DNA of 64,000 bases from an uncultured Ilumatobacteraceae bacterium (GTDB lineage Bacteria > Actinomycetota > Acidimicrobiia > Acidimicrobiales > Ilumatobacteraceae), in assembly GCA_964592115.1 (NCBI GenBank), contig CAZQCP010000003.1, positions 7,171-71,170 on the forward strand, written 5' to 3'. The stretch's first letter is position 1. Each line of letters opens with the position of its first letter. Positions 8,664 through 18,024 of the stretch are shown here, one piece after another. A program made the position numbers and the translations under genes. The notes below the pieces were generated by a model that was given only the letters and a program-made list of their open reading frames with translations, was not told the DNA's origin and did not search any database.

Positions 8664-9623
8664 TCAGCCGTCGTAGTCCTCGCGCTTGGCGCGCAGGCGG
8701 AGCTCTTCGAGCACGCGCCGGCTGCCCGCTTGCAGGTCGGCGAGGAAGGCGACCGCCCAGATCTGGGCGGCGACCACGATCAGCAAGAAGCCGCCGAGGA
8801 GGCTTGGCACCCGGCTCGTGTACTCGTCTTCGAACAGGTAGAGGAACAACCACCGCAACAGCACGGCGACGCCGAGCAGGAACGGCACCGCACCGACCAT
8901 GAAGAAGAACCGGAACGGCTTGTACATCGCGAAGCTGCGGATGATCGCCGACGCCGATCGCAAGACGTAGCGCGCGGTGCTCTTGACGAGGCGCGACTCC
9001 CGGGTCTTCGGGTTCACCCCGATCGGCACCGACACGACGGCGATGTCGTTCCAGCCGGCCTGGACGATCGTCTCCATCGTGTACGTGTAGCGACCGAACA
9101 CCTGCACGCGCATCGCCGCGTCCCGGCTGTACGCCCGAAAGCCGCTCGCCGCGTCGCGCACGCCCGTGCCGGAGAACCGGCGCACGACCGAGCTGCCGAT
9201 GCGCTGGAGGACCTTCTTCGTGCGCGAGAAGTCGTCGACGTCCTTGATCGGGCGCTCACCGACGACCATGTCGGCGTCGCCCGACAGCACGGGAGCGACG
9301 AGGTCGGGGATCGACGACGCTCGATATTGGTTGTCAGCGTCGGTGTTGACGATCACCGTCGCGCCAGCGCGCAGGCAAGCGTCGAGGCCGGTCAGGAACG
9401 CCGCGGCCAACCCACGGTTGCGTCCGTGGCTGATGATGTGGTCGACGCCGAGCGAGCGGGCCACCTCGACGGTGCGATCGGTGCTGCCGTCGTCGATGAC
9501 GAGCCACTCGACGACGTCGATGCCGGGCACGTTGCGGGGAAGATCGGCGATCGTCTGCGGAAGCGTCGCTTCCTCGTTGAAGCACGGGATCTGGATGATC
9601 AGCTTGATCGGCCCGGACATCAC
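8664..9623 (-). CDS. Family 2 glycosyltransferase, polyprenyl-phosphate sugar synthase-like with C-terminal TM helices
   Basis: IQIPCFNEE..LVIDDGSTD..NTDADNQ motifs typical of GT2/DPM1-like enzymes. Start is either GTG 9623 or ATG 9620; both overlap the upstream stop. Confidence 0.8.
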   Translation of the reverse strand: MMSGPIKLIIQIPCFNEEATLPQTIADLPRNVPGIDVVEWLVIDDGSTDRTVEVARSLGVDHIISHGRNRGLAAAFLTGLDACLRAGATVIVNTDADNQYRASSIPDLVAPVLSGDADMVVGERPIKDVDDFSRTKKVLQRIGSSVVRRFSGTGVRDAASGFRAYSRDAAMRVQVFGRYTYTMETIVQAGWNDIAVVSVPIGVNPKTRESRLVKSTARYVLRSASAIIRSFAMYKPFRFFFMVGAVPFLLGVAVLLRWLFLYLFEDEYTSRVPSLLGGFLLIVVAAQIWAVAFLADLQAGSRRVLEELRLRAKREDYDG

Positions 9624-10582
9624 GGCGCAGCGTACCCGTCACGCCCTGGGTACTCCGGGCGGACCTCCCGGCGGGACGCGGCAGTGGCGATCGCTGCCGC
9701 ACTCAGGTCGACGACGATCGACACGACACGACTGATGACCGCCGTCGACAGTGCGACGGTGCTGCCGAGCGGGGCGGTCATGATCGACACGAAGACGGTC
9801 TCGCGCACTCCAAGCCCGCCGGGGAGCCCGATGATCACGAACCCGGCCATCCACGACAGGCACGTCGCAGCGAGCAGTTGCACGACGAGGCGAACGTCGA
9901 GATCGACGCCGAGGGCGACGACGGCAAACACGTTCATCCCGGAGAAGAACACCCAGACCGGCACGTGGCGGCCGACGAGGGAGCCGAGCCAACCTGCCGA
10001 GGGCAGTCCGAGGTCTCGCCGCAGCACCCGCGATACGGCCCGTTCGCCGACGGCGCGCGCCCGCGGTACGGCCACGAGCGCCCCGCCGATGAGCATGCCG
10101 GCGCCGATCGCCAGGGAGATCCACCGCACCGCGCCGTCGACCGCCAGCCCGGTGCCTGCACCGACCGCGGCCGCGCCGACGAACGTGCCGATCATCGACC
10201 ACGCGGTCGACGTGTACGCGGCACGTCTGGGGATCGCGCCGCGGTGCGCCAGTTCGGCCTGTCCGACGATCGGCCAGATCCCGCCTGGGACGTACTTGCC
10301 GAGCTGACCGACGAAGAACCACGCCAAGCCGCGGCGGGCGGTGACGGCCTCACCGCCGGTGCGCATGATCCAGAGCCACGCGAGGCCGATGAGGCTCATC
10401 GCGAGCCACCCGGTGACGACTCCGAGTACGAGCCACGCCGGTGTCGCCGACTCGAAGGCGTCGGCGATCGCATCGCGATCGCGCACGATGCGGATCGCCA
10501 CGAAGGCGATGCCGGCGACCCCGATGGCGACGCCGACCAGGTTCGCCAGTCGTGACCGGGTGAGCAGGCGGCCGCGCTTCAC
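9620..10582 (-). CDS. UPF0104 / lysylphosphatidylglycerol-synthase TM-region family membrane protein (flippase-like)
   Basis: Multi-pass membrane protein with the GQLGKYVPGGIWPIVGQ motif typical of this family. Confidence 0.65.
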   Translation of the reverse strand: MKRGRLLTRSRLANLVGVAIGVAGIAFVAIRIVRDRDAIADAFESATPAWLVLGVVTGWLAMSLIGLAWLWIMRTGGEAVTARRGLAWFFVGQLGKYVPGGIWPIVGQAELAHRGAIPRRAAYTSTAWSMIGTFVGAAAVGAGTGLAVDGAVRWISLAIGAGMLIGGALVAVPRARAVGERAVSRVLRRDLGLPSAGWLGSLVGRHVPVWVFFSGMNVFAVVALGVDLDVRLVVQLLAATCLSWMAGFVIIGLPGGLGVRETVFVSIMTAPLGSTVALSTAVISRVVSIVVDLSAAAIATAASRREVRPEYPGRDGYAAP

Positions 10583-10616
10583 GCCGGACGGGCCCGTCGC
10601 GTCTCGTGGCGCAAGT

Positions 10617-11216
10617 TCACCGGGTGTGAGCGCGGACCATCGTCCACGGCATCGGATTGCGTGTCTCGTCGACGGCGAACTGCGTGGCCACGAGCTTGCG
10701 GAAGCCGCGGCTGGTCCAGTGGTTGATGTGGCCCGGGGTATTGCCGAAGTCGCGGATGTAGCGCCCGCGGGCCATGTTGCCCACGCGCCAGATCGGCTCG
10801 AAGGGCACGGAGGCGATCAACGAACCGGCGCACACGCGGCGGAGCTCGACGAGTGCGCCGCTCGTGTCGGGCAGATGCTCGAACACCTCGATCGCCAATA
10901 CGAGGTCGAACGCGTCGTCCGGGAACGGCAGTGTCGTGGCGTCGCCGAACACGCAGGAGAGGTCACGCTCGGCCCAGCTGCCGGCGAGCTCGTCGTCGGG
11001 GAGATCGAGGCCGACCACGGACGCCTGCGGGAAGCGCTCGCCGATGCGAGCGTTGACGACGCCCTCGCCGACGCCGATCTCGAGCACGCGGGCCGGCGGC
11101 GCGATGGCGTCGAGGAACCCATCGAGGGCATCGAAGAACCCGCGCATCATGCGCTGCTCGATCGGGTTCGTCGACCCGTACTTGTCGTACGTGTTCCCCG
11201 TCGGAGTGCTGGTCAC
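10617..11216 (-). CDS. Class I SAM-dependent methyltransferase
   Basis: Motif I VLEIGVGEG and post-I/II spacing (DLVLAIEVFEHL). GTG start. Confidence 0.75.
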   Translation of the reverse strand: MTSTPTGNTYDKYGSTNPIEQRMMRGFFDALDGFLDAIAPPARVLEIGVGEGVVNARIGERFPQASVVGLDLPDDELAGSWAERDLSCVFGDATTLPFPDDAFDLVLAIEVFEHLPDTSGALVELRRVCAGSLIASVPFEPIWRVGNMARGRYIRDFGNTPGHINHWTSRGFRKLVATQFAVDETRNPMPWTMVRAHTR

Positions 11217-11238
11217 GGTGTTCAGTCTGGCGGGAGCA

Positions 11239-11275
11239 ACGAACTTTGGGGACGGGACCCTTCCCCAAAGTTCGT
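11239..11275. repeat. C-type hairpin, copy C1
   Basis: ACGAACTTTGGGGA-CGGGACCCT-TCCCCAAAGTTCGT, directly abutting the stop of the 11275-12834 gene. Confidence 0.85.
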
Positions 11276-12834
11276 CAGTCGGGGAGCTTCCAGAGGATCC
11301 ATGCGCTGTCGGACCACACCTCGTCCCAGCCTCGCAGCCGTGCGTCGCTGACCGTGAGCGTCGGTTGCCAGTAGGTCGAGTTGCGGCGCTGCGCGAAGTA
11401 GTCGGCGTGCAGCGCGATGCGCTCCAGGTTCTTCGTCTGGAAGCTGCGCCGGTCGGTGAGCAGCGTCATCGTCCGGGCGCGGAAGTAGGCGATCGTCGAG
11501 TCGGCGGGCGTGTGCTCGCTCACGGCATCGAAGATCGGTGCGACGACCGGGTTCGACGGCCCCGAAAGTACCCGTCCCGCGGCGTTGTAGCTGCGCACGT
11601 CGGCGATGTCGCCGCGCAACACCACGAGATGGGCCACGACGAGCACCGCCAGCGGTGCCAACACGACAGCCTGGATCACCCGGTGACGCCGGCGATCGTG
11701 TGCCTCACTCGCCGTGGAGGATCGACTGGTGACCGCCGTCAGCCACTGTCCGGCAGCGACGAGCGCGGCGGTGACGAAGTAGAGGATCCACGGCGTGACC
11801 TGGAGCCAGTAGCGGGGCACCTCGCGGAGGTGCGTGCTGATTGCCAGCGCGCTGAACACGGCGACCATCAACAACGCACCGTCGAGCATCGGGCGCCGAC
11901 GGATGCCGATCACCGCGCCGACGGCGGCGACCCCGAGCACCGCGACGCCGGCGATCGTGTGGGCGCCGAGCCCGAGGTGGTCGGCGAGCGTCGCCGGGTA
12001 CTCGCCCAGGCGGTCGTCGAGATAGGACAACTCGTTGTCGTTGTTCGGCAGCAGCGTCGTCGGCATCAGCACGTGGAAGATGGCCGCGCTGGCGAGGAAG
12101 GCGGCGTACGGGGCGAACAGTGAGCGACCGTGCACTCGGACCCGTCCGACGAACCTGCGTCCGAGCGACCGGTCGAGCGGCAAGGCGCCGGCGCGGACGA
12201 GGTCGGCGACCTGCATGACGGCGATGACTCCGAGGAGCGCGACACTCTCGCGTCGCACGTTGAACGCCAGCGTCACGAAGCCACCGAGAGCGACCAGCTG
12301 CCCGAGCGAGGCGTCGAGCAATGTGGCGCCCTCGCGCCTGATCCGGTCGTACCACCAGATGAACAGCGCCACGGCCACGAGGTGGGGGATCTCGGTCAAG
12401 AGCTGTTCGGTATGGGCGAGGTAGATCGGCGCCGTGGCGAACACGGCGGTCACCGCGACGGCCGCCGCACGGCCGATGCGCCGCCGCACGATGCCGTGGA
12501 ACAGCACCAGCCACACGCACAAGAGGCCGACTTCGACGAGTTTGAGGCGGTCGTAGTCGAACCCCCACTGATGGACGAACGGCGACAGCACGAGCGGCCA
12601 CACCCACGGGTATCCGACCGGTCCCATGAGTGGGTCGGAGAGCCGGACCGTGAACCGGTTGTCGGCGATGACCGCCCCCATGTCGCCGTCGAACACGCTG
12701 CGCGCCTGGCGCAGGTAGAGCGCGAAGTCGTCGCCTTGGGTGTGCCCGTGACGATGCAACTGCACGGCGAGCCCGGCCGCGACCACGACGACGATGGGCA
12801 GCGCGATCCATCGGAAGACGGACGGCCGCGACAT
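11275..12834 (-). CDS. Large polytopic membrane protein, ArnT/PMT (GT39/GT83)-like glycosyltransferase, tentative
   Basis: 519 aa with many TM segments, lying in an operon-like row with the GT2, UPF0104 and methyltransferase genes. Family call is based on context and topology only. Confidence 0.5.
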   Translation of the reverse strand: MSRPSVFRWIALPIVVVVAAGLAVQLHRHGHTQGDDFALYLRQARSVFDGDMGAVIADNRFTVRLSDPLMGPVGYPWVWPLVLSPFVHQWGFDYDRLKLVEVGLLCVWLVLFHGIVRRRIGRAAAVAVTAVFATAPIYLAHTEQLLTEIPHLVAVALFIWWYDRIRREGATLLDASLGQLVALGGFVTLAFNVRRESVALLGVIAVMQVADLVRAGALPLDRSLGRRFVGRVRVHGRSLFAPYAAFLASAAIFHVLMPTTLLPNNDNELSYLDDRLGEYPATLADHLGLGAHTIAGVAVLGVAAVGAVIGIRRRPMLDGALLMVAVFSALAISTHLREVPRYWLQVTPWILYFVTAALVAAGQWLTAVTSRSSTASEAHDRRRHRVIQAVVLAPLAVLVVAHLVVLRGDIADVRSYNAAGRVLSGPSNPVVAPIFDAVSEHTPADSTIAYFRARTMTLLTDRRSFQTKNLERIALHADYFAQRRNSTYWQPTLTVSDARLRGWDEVWSDSAWILWKLPD

Positions 12835-12864
12835 CGTGGTCAGGGTAATGCTTCGGTTCTCCCG

Positions 12865-12884
12865 CCGACCGGCGCGCCGGTTGG
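12865..12884. terminator. GC-rich palindrome after the CoxM-like gene
   Basis: CCGACCGGCGCGCCGGTTGG, 10 nt downstream of the stop at 12895. Confidence 0.35.
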
Positions 12885-12894
12885 ACGTCGCGTG

Positions 12895-13719
12895 CTACGA
12901 GGAGGCTTCGGCGAGGGCGCGGCGGGTGAGGACCTTGGCGAGGTGCTCGCGGTACTCGACGCTGGCGTTGAGGTCGGCTTGCGGTTCGGCGTCGGCGACG
13001 GCCTGTTCGGCGGCGTCGTCGATGCTCGCTCCGCTGGCGAGGGCGTTGGCAACGCTCGTGGCGAGCACCGGCGTCGAGCCCATGTTGACGAGCCCCACCC
13101 CGGCGTCGCCGTTGCGACGCCAGGCGGCGACACCGACGATCGCCCAGTCCTGGGCCCGGCGGTTGAACTTCTGGAAGCTCCACCCGGCACCGTCCATCTT
13201 CGGCACCTTGATCTCCACGAGCATCTCGTCGGCGGCGAGCGCCGACTCGAAGAACGTCTCGTAGAACTCGCTCGCCGGGATGTCGCGCCGCCCGTTGGGT
13301 CCCTGGGCGACGTAGGTGGCGCCGAGCGCGAGCGTTGTCGCCGGCAGATCGGAGGCGGGATCGGCGTGGGCGATCGTGCCGCCGAGCGTGCCGCGGTGGC
13401 GTACCTGCGGGTCGCCGACGTGGCTCGCCGCGTGGGCCAGGAGCGGCACATGTTGACGCAACAACTCGGACGTCTCGACATCCATGTGGCGGGTGAGCGC
13501 GCCGATGGCGATGTGGTCGCCGGCATCGCGGATGTACGACAGGTCGTCGATGCGGCCGATGTCGATGAGCACCGCCGGCTGGGCGAGGCGCAGCTTCATC
13601 ATCGGCAGCAGGCTGTGGCCGCCGGCGATGAACTTGGCTTCGTCGCCGTGCTCGCCGACGAGGCTGATCGCCTCCTCGGTGGAACCGGCGCGGACGTAAT
13701 CGAATGCGGCGGGGATCAC
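12895..13719 (-). CDS. Xanthine dehydrogenase/CODH family FAD-binding medium subunit (CoxM/CutM-like)
   Basis: FAD_binding_5-type sequence (FIAGGHSLLPMMKLR, TLGGTIAHADP). GTG start overlaps the large-subunit stop (GTGA). Confidence 0.85.
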   Translation of the reverse strand: MIPAAFDYVRAGSTEEAISLVGEHGDEAKFIAGGHSLLPMMKLRLAQPAVLIDIGRIDDLSYIRDAGDHIAIGALTRHMDVETSELLRQHVPLLAHAASHVGDPQVRHRGTLGGTIAHADPASDLPATTLALGATYVAQGPNGRRDIPASEFYETFFESALAADEMLVEIKVPKMDGAGWSFQKFNRRAQDWAIVGVAAWRRNGDAGVGLVNMGSTPVLATSVANALASGASIDDAAEQAVADAEPQADLNASVEYREHLAKVLTRRALAEASS

Positions 13720-16130
13720 TGCGGGCCTCCGTTGGCTGGGTCGTTGCTGGCAGCGGAACGGATCGCGTTCCACACGGTGTTCGGGCTGGCGGGCATGGGA
13801 ACGTCGTGGACGCCGAGGCCCGAGAGGGCATCGACGATGGCGTTCATGACGGTGGGTGCGGCTCCGATGGTGCCAGCTTCGCCGACGCCCTTGACGCCGA
13901 GCGAATTCGTCGGCGAGGGCGTGACGGAATGACCGAGCGTGAGGCTCGGCACATCGCTGGCCGCTGGCACGAGGTAGTCGGCGAGCGTCGACGTGCGCAG
14001 GTTGCCGTCGTCGTCGTAATCGACGCCCTCGTACAGCGCTTGGGCGAGACCCTGGATGATGCCGCCGTGCACCTGGCCTTCGACGATGAGCGGGTTGACC
14101 TGCACGCCGCAGTCGTCGACGGCGACGTACTGCAACACGTCGACGTCGCCGGTCTCCGTGTCGACCTCGACGACGCAGATGTGCGTGCCGAACGGCCACG
14201 AGAAGTTCGGCGGGTCGTAGGTGACTTGCGCTTCGAGGTTCGGTTCGAGTCCGTCGGGCAGGTTGTGAGCGGTGAACGCCTCGAAGGCGATCGCCGCCAG
14301 TGGCAGCTCCTTGTCCGGCGAGCCGGCGACGCGGAACGTGCCGCCGACGAACTCGAGGTCGTCGACGTTGGCCTCCATCTGGTGGGCGGCGATCTGCTTG
14401 GCCTTGTCGATCACCTTGTCGCACGCCATGCCGACGGCGACACCGCCGACGGGCAGCGACCGCGAGCCGTAGGTGTCCATGCCGAGCGGGGCGATCGCGG
14501 TGTCGGAGTGCAAGACGTCGACGTCCGCCGGGTCGATGCCGAGCTTGTCGGCGACGATCATCGACCATGCGGTCTCGTGGCCCTGCCCGTGCGGTGACGT
14601 GCCGGTGACGACTTGCACCTTGGCGGTCGGCAAGATCCGTACGGTCGCCGCTTCCCATCCGCCGGCGGAGTAGTTGAGCGAGGCGAGCACTCGCGACGGC
14701 GCGAGGCCACACATCTCGAAGTAGCTCGACATGCCGATGCCCAGCCGCTTGGTGGCGCCGTCGACGTTCTGTTCCTCCTGGCGGGCGCGCAGCCCGGCGT
14801 AGTCGACGAGGTCGGCGGCGACCGTCGCCGCGTGGTCGTGATCGCCGGAGTCGTAGACGAGGCCCGTGAACGCTTCGTACGGGTACTTCTCCTTGGCGAT
14901 GAAGTTGCGCCGCCGGAGCTCGAGCGGGTCGACGCCGACCTCGCGGGCGAGCGCGTCCATCGCCCGCTCGATGGCGTAGGTGGCCTCGGGGCGACCGGCG
15001 CCGCGGTAGGCGTCGGTCGGCGTCATCGTGGTGAACACGCTCGTGCACGAGAAGTCGTACGCCTTGGGGAGGTCGTAGACCCCGGCGTACAAGAACGCGC
15101 CGAGCAACGGGATGCCCGGCGTGACGAGTTGCAGATAGGCGCCCATGTCGGCGAGCAATCGGATCCGCACGGCCGTGAGCTTGCCGTTGGCGTCGGCGGC
15201 GAGCTCGACGTGTTGGATCTGCCCCCGGCCTTGGATGGTGGCCTGGGTGTTCTCCGAGCGCGTCTCGTTCCAGCGCACCGGTACGTTGTGCTTGCGGGCG
15301 AGGGCGAGACACAGCAGCTCTTCGGCGTACACGTTGAGCTTGGCGCCGAAGCCGCCGCCGACGGCGGGGGCGACCACGCGCAGCTGGTGTTCGGGGAAGC
15401 CGAGCGTGACCGCGGCCATGATCTTCAAGATGTGCGGAACCTGGGTGGACGAGTAGAGCGTCAGGTCGCCGCCGAACGGCTGGGGCACGACGACGACCGC
15501 TCGTGGTTCCATCGCCATCGGGATCAGGCGCTGCTGGACGTAGCGTTCGCTGACGGTGTGCGCGGCGGCGTCGAACGCCCGCTGCACGTCGCCTTCGTTC
15601 TCCTCGACGAGGAGGTCCCAGGTGTACGACTTGTTCGTCCCGAGCTCGTCGTGCACGATCACTCGATCGGACAGCGCGTCCTCCAAGTCGACGACGGCGT
15701 CGAGCGGTTCGTAGTCGACGTCGATCGCATCGAGCGCGTCGTGGGCGATCGTGTCGCTCTCGGCGAGCACCGCGGCCACGCCGTCGCCCGCGAAGTGTGC
15801 CGTGCCGACGGCGAGCGGATAGTGGGTCGGGTTCTTCATGTCCTCGGTGACCGGCCAGGCGCACGGCATCGGCGCCGCCCAGCTCTCGGCGAGGTCAGCG
15901 CCCGTGTACACGGCACGCACGCCGGGGATCGCGAGCGCGGCCGAAGCGTCGACCGACACGATGCGGGCGTGCGCGTACGGGCTGCGGAGCACGGCGAGGT
16001 GGAGCGCCCCGGGCACCTTCATGTCGTTGGTGAAGACCGCTTCGCCGGTGAGCAGTACCGGGTCTTCCTTGCGGAGCAACCGCTGCCCGAGCACCCTCGT
16101 GGCGGTCGATGGATCGTCGATGACTGTCAT
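13716..16130 (-). CDS. Molybdopterin-binding large subunit, form-II CODH-like (CoxL/CutL-like)
   Basis: Aldehyde oxidase/xanthine dehydrogenase a/b hammerhead and Mo-binding domains. The active-site loop reads AYRGAGR (form-II type), not the form-I AYxCSFR. Confidence 0.85.
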   Translation of the reverse strand: MTVIDDPSTATRVLGQRLLRKEDPVLLTGEAVFTNDMKVPGALHLAVLRSPYAHARIVSVDASAALAIPGVRAVYTGADLAESWAAPMPCAWPVTEDMKNPTHYPLAVGTAHFAGDGVAAVLAESDTIAHDALDAIDVDYEPLDAVVDLEDALSDRVIVHDELGTNKSYTWDLLVEENEGDVQRAFDAAAHTVSERYVQQRLIPMAMEPRAVVVVPQPFGGDLTLYSSTQVPHILKIMAAVTLGFPEHQLRVVAPAVGGGFGAKLNVYAEELLCLALARKHNVPVRWNETRSENTQATIQGRGQIQHVELAADANGKLTAVRIRLLADMGAYLQLVTPGIPLLGAFLYAGVYDLPKAYDFSCTSVFTTMTPTDAYRGAGRPEATYAIERAMDALAREVGVDPLELRRRNFIAKEKYPYEAFTGLVYDSGDHDHAATVAADLVDYAGLRARQEEQNVDGATKRLGIGMSSYFEMCGLAPSRVLASLNYSAGGWEAATVRILPTAKVQVVTGTSPHGQGHETAWSMIVADKLGIDPADVDVLHSDTAIAPLGMDTYGSRSLPVGGVAVGMACDKVIDKAKQIAAHQMEANVDDLEFVGGTFRVAGSPDKELPLAAIAFEAFTAHNLPDGLEPNLEAQVTYDPPNFSWPFGTHICVVEVDTETGDVDVLQYVAVDDCGVQVNPLIVEGQVHGGIIQGLAQALYEGVDYDDDGNLRTSTLADYLVPAASDVPSLTLGHSVTPSPTNSLGVKGVGEAGTIGAAPTVMNAIVDALSGLGVHDVPMPASPNTVWNAIRSAASNDPANGGPQ

Positions 16131-16197
16131 GTTCTGGACCCCCATCCAGGTGAGACGTTGCAAGATGTCACAGCGGTGCCAGGCACCGCTGTGACGT

Positions 16198-16662
16198 TCA
16201 GCCGCCCGCGCTCGCCGCGGCGAGGACGGACTTCACGATGTTGTGGTAACCGGTGCAGCGGCACAGGTTGCCCTCGAGGCCCAGGCGGACCTCTGCTTCG
16301 GTCGGGTTCGGGTTCTCGTTCAGGAGGCTCGATGCGGCCATCACCATGCCGGGCGTGCAGTACCCGCACTGCAGGCCGTGGTTCTCCATGAACGCCTGTT
16401 GCATCGGGTGCAGCGTGCCGTCGGCGGCGGCCATGCCCTCGATCGTGGTGACGTCGCTGCCATCGGCTTGCACGGCCAGCACCGTGCAACTCTTGACCGC
16501 CTCGCCGTCGAGGTGCAGCGAGCAGGCGCCGCACGACGACGTGTCGCAACCGATGTTGGTGCCGGTCAAGCCGACGACCTCACGGATGTAGTGCACGAGC
16601 AGCGTGCGTGGCTCGACATCGTGCGTGTGTGCCGTGCCGTTGACTGTGACCGTGATCTCCAC
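16198..16662 (-). CDS. (2Fe-2S)-binding small subunit (CoxS/CutS-like)
   Basis: Two cluster motifs, [10 protein letters not shown] and CGYCTPG..CRCTGY. GTG start preceded by GGGGGAA. Confidence 0.85.
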   Translation of the reverse strand: MEITVTVNGTAHTHDVEPRTLLVHYIREVVGLTGTNIGCDTSSCGACSLHLDGEAVKSCTVLAVQADGSDVTTIEGMAAADGTLHPMQQAFMENHGLQCGYCTPGMVMAASSLLNENPNPTEAEVRLGLEGNLCRCTGYHNIVKSVLAAASAGG

Positions 16663-16807
16663 AGTTCCCCCGTTCCCTGTTGCGATGTGTGGACGTGATG
16701 ACGATAGACGCCTCGGGTCCATCATGCCCGATGGCGACGGGTGCGTCGACACGCTGCGTCGCGACGGGACCAGGCAGGCGGCCAACGGCGGTTCGAAGGA
16801 TCGGGTC

Positions 16808-17236
16808 TCAGCCGAAGATGTCGGCGAGATCGGCGACCGCGAGATACACGAGGAAGCAGATGATCACGCCGCCGAAGATCGTGTAGTGCCAGCGCTTGGA
16901 GTGGTCGGCGCGCCAGAACCGCCGGATGCTGTACGTGATCGACACGACTGCCAACAACCCGATCGCCAGCCCGACGTAGGGCCCGACGCCCTTCGCGACG
17001 CCGATCGCCGGCAGCACGAACGGAAAGAGGATGTACATGAAGATGCATCGCGCGGCGCTGATCACGAGCGACTTCTGGAACGCGGAGCGAGCCTCGGCAG
17101 CGGTTGCGGTGCGCTCGTCGGGCAGGCGCAGCAGGCGACGCATGAAGCGGTCCGCGGGTGACGAGCTGAGTGGGCGAGCCGGGCTCTGCTGAGGCTGCGC
17201 GGTCTGCAGCGGGGAGTGTTCGGCGGCGGTGCTCAT
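16808..17236 (-). CDS. Hypothetical small membrane protein
   Basis: 142 aa with three predicted TM helices. Its ATG overlaps the stop of the upstream HAD gene (ATGA). Confidence 0.6.
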   Translation of the reverse strand: MSTAAEHSPLQTAQPQQSPARPLSSSPADRFMRRLLRLPDERTATAAEARSAFQKSLVISAARCIFMYILFPFVLPAIGVAKGVGPYVGLAIGLLAVVSITYSIRRFWRADHSKRWHYTIFGGVIICFLVYLAVADLADIFG

Positions 17237-17931
17237 CGGCGCACGGAACGGTACGTCGCCGCGACGGACGCGGCAACCTGAGCCGGCGAGTCGACGATTG
17301 CCGCGGCGCCGGCTTGCGTGAGCTCGTCAGGTGATCCGAATCCCCACGTGACGCCGATGCACGGGATCTGGTTGAGGCTCGCGCCTTCCACGTCGTGATC
17401 GCGGTCGCCGATCATCACCACGTCGTGTCCCTCACCGTCCACACCGCGCGGCGAGACGGCGAGCATGTCGAGCGCGTACGTGATGACCTCGGCCTTCGTG
17501 CGCCGCCCGGTGCCGACCTCGGCCGTCGCTCCGGCCTGGAACGCGAAGTAGTCGGTGAACCCGAAGTGCTCGACGATGCGGATGGCCGTGTGCTGCGGCT
17601 TGGCGGTGGCGAGTGAGATCGTGTGCCCGGCCGAGCGCAACTCCTCCAGCATGTCGCCGATGCCCGGGTAGACGGCGTTCTCGAACAGACCGATGTCGTT
17701 GTAACGGACGCCGTAGGCCTCGATCACCCGTGCGATGTCGGCGGCCGGCACGCCGAGGGCGGGGAACGTGACCTCGAAGGGCGGTCCGATCATCGAGCGG
17801 ATCTGCTCGTCGGTCGGCTCGGGATATCCGCAGGTGCTGAACGCGTGGCGCAGCGAGCGCCCGATCCCGGGCGACGAGTCGGAGATCGTGCCGTCGAGGT
17901 CGAGCAGAACGTGGCTGGGGGAGGGGTTCAT
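17233..17931 (-). CDS. HAD family hydrolase (phosphoglycolate phosphatase-like)
   Basis: Motif I LLDLDGT, motif III K, motif IV GDRDHD. Confidence 0.8.
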   Translation of the reverse strand: MNPSPSHVLLDLDGTISDSSPGIGRSLRHAFSTCGYPEPTDEQIRSMIGPPFEVTFPALGVPAADIARVIEAYGVRYNDIGLFENAVYPGIGDMLEELRSAGHTISLATAKPQHTAIRIVEHFGFTDYFAFQAGATAEVGTGRRTKAEVITYALDMLAVSPRGVDGEGHDVVMIGDRDHDVEGASLNQIPCIGVTWGFGSPDELTQAGAAAIVDSPAQVAASVAATYRSVRR

Positions 17932-17966
17932 GCGATTCCAGGTGGAGGGTCCGTCGGGCGTTCCAT

Positions 17967-18021
17967 CCCGATCTCGGTCGAATTCTTCCCGCCTTTTGGG
18001 AAGATTCCTACCGAGATCGCC
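17967..18021. repeat. E-type 55-nt nested palindromic element, copy E1
   Basis: CCCGATCTCGGT..GAATTCTTCCC-GCCTTTT-GGGAAGATTC..ACCGAGATCGCC, between the stop of the 18025 gene and the start of the HAD gene. Confidence 0.85.
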
Positions 18022-18024
18022 GGA

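Noticed and set aside
8552-8902. ORFs starting MHPGS(D/E)P.CN at each B element (also 31825.., the 52338 extension of the acyl-CoA dehydrogenase ORF, 27685)
   Set aside because: The shared peptide is simply the translation of the conserved B-element arm. Downstream parts are unrelated and overlap real genes, so these are not a protein family.
11705-13831. 708-aa minus-strand ORF. Similar long ORFs occur at 12130..13932, 14613..16391, 17623..20322, 34114..36606, 22546..24003 and 25016..26734.
   Set aside because: All overlap strongly supported genes in another frame or on the other strand. They are extremely Arg/Pro/Gly-rich and lack any family signature, so they are shadow ORFs of high-GC coding regions.
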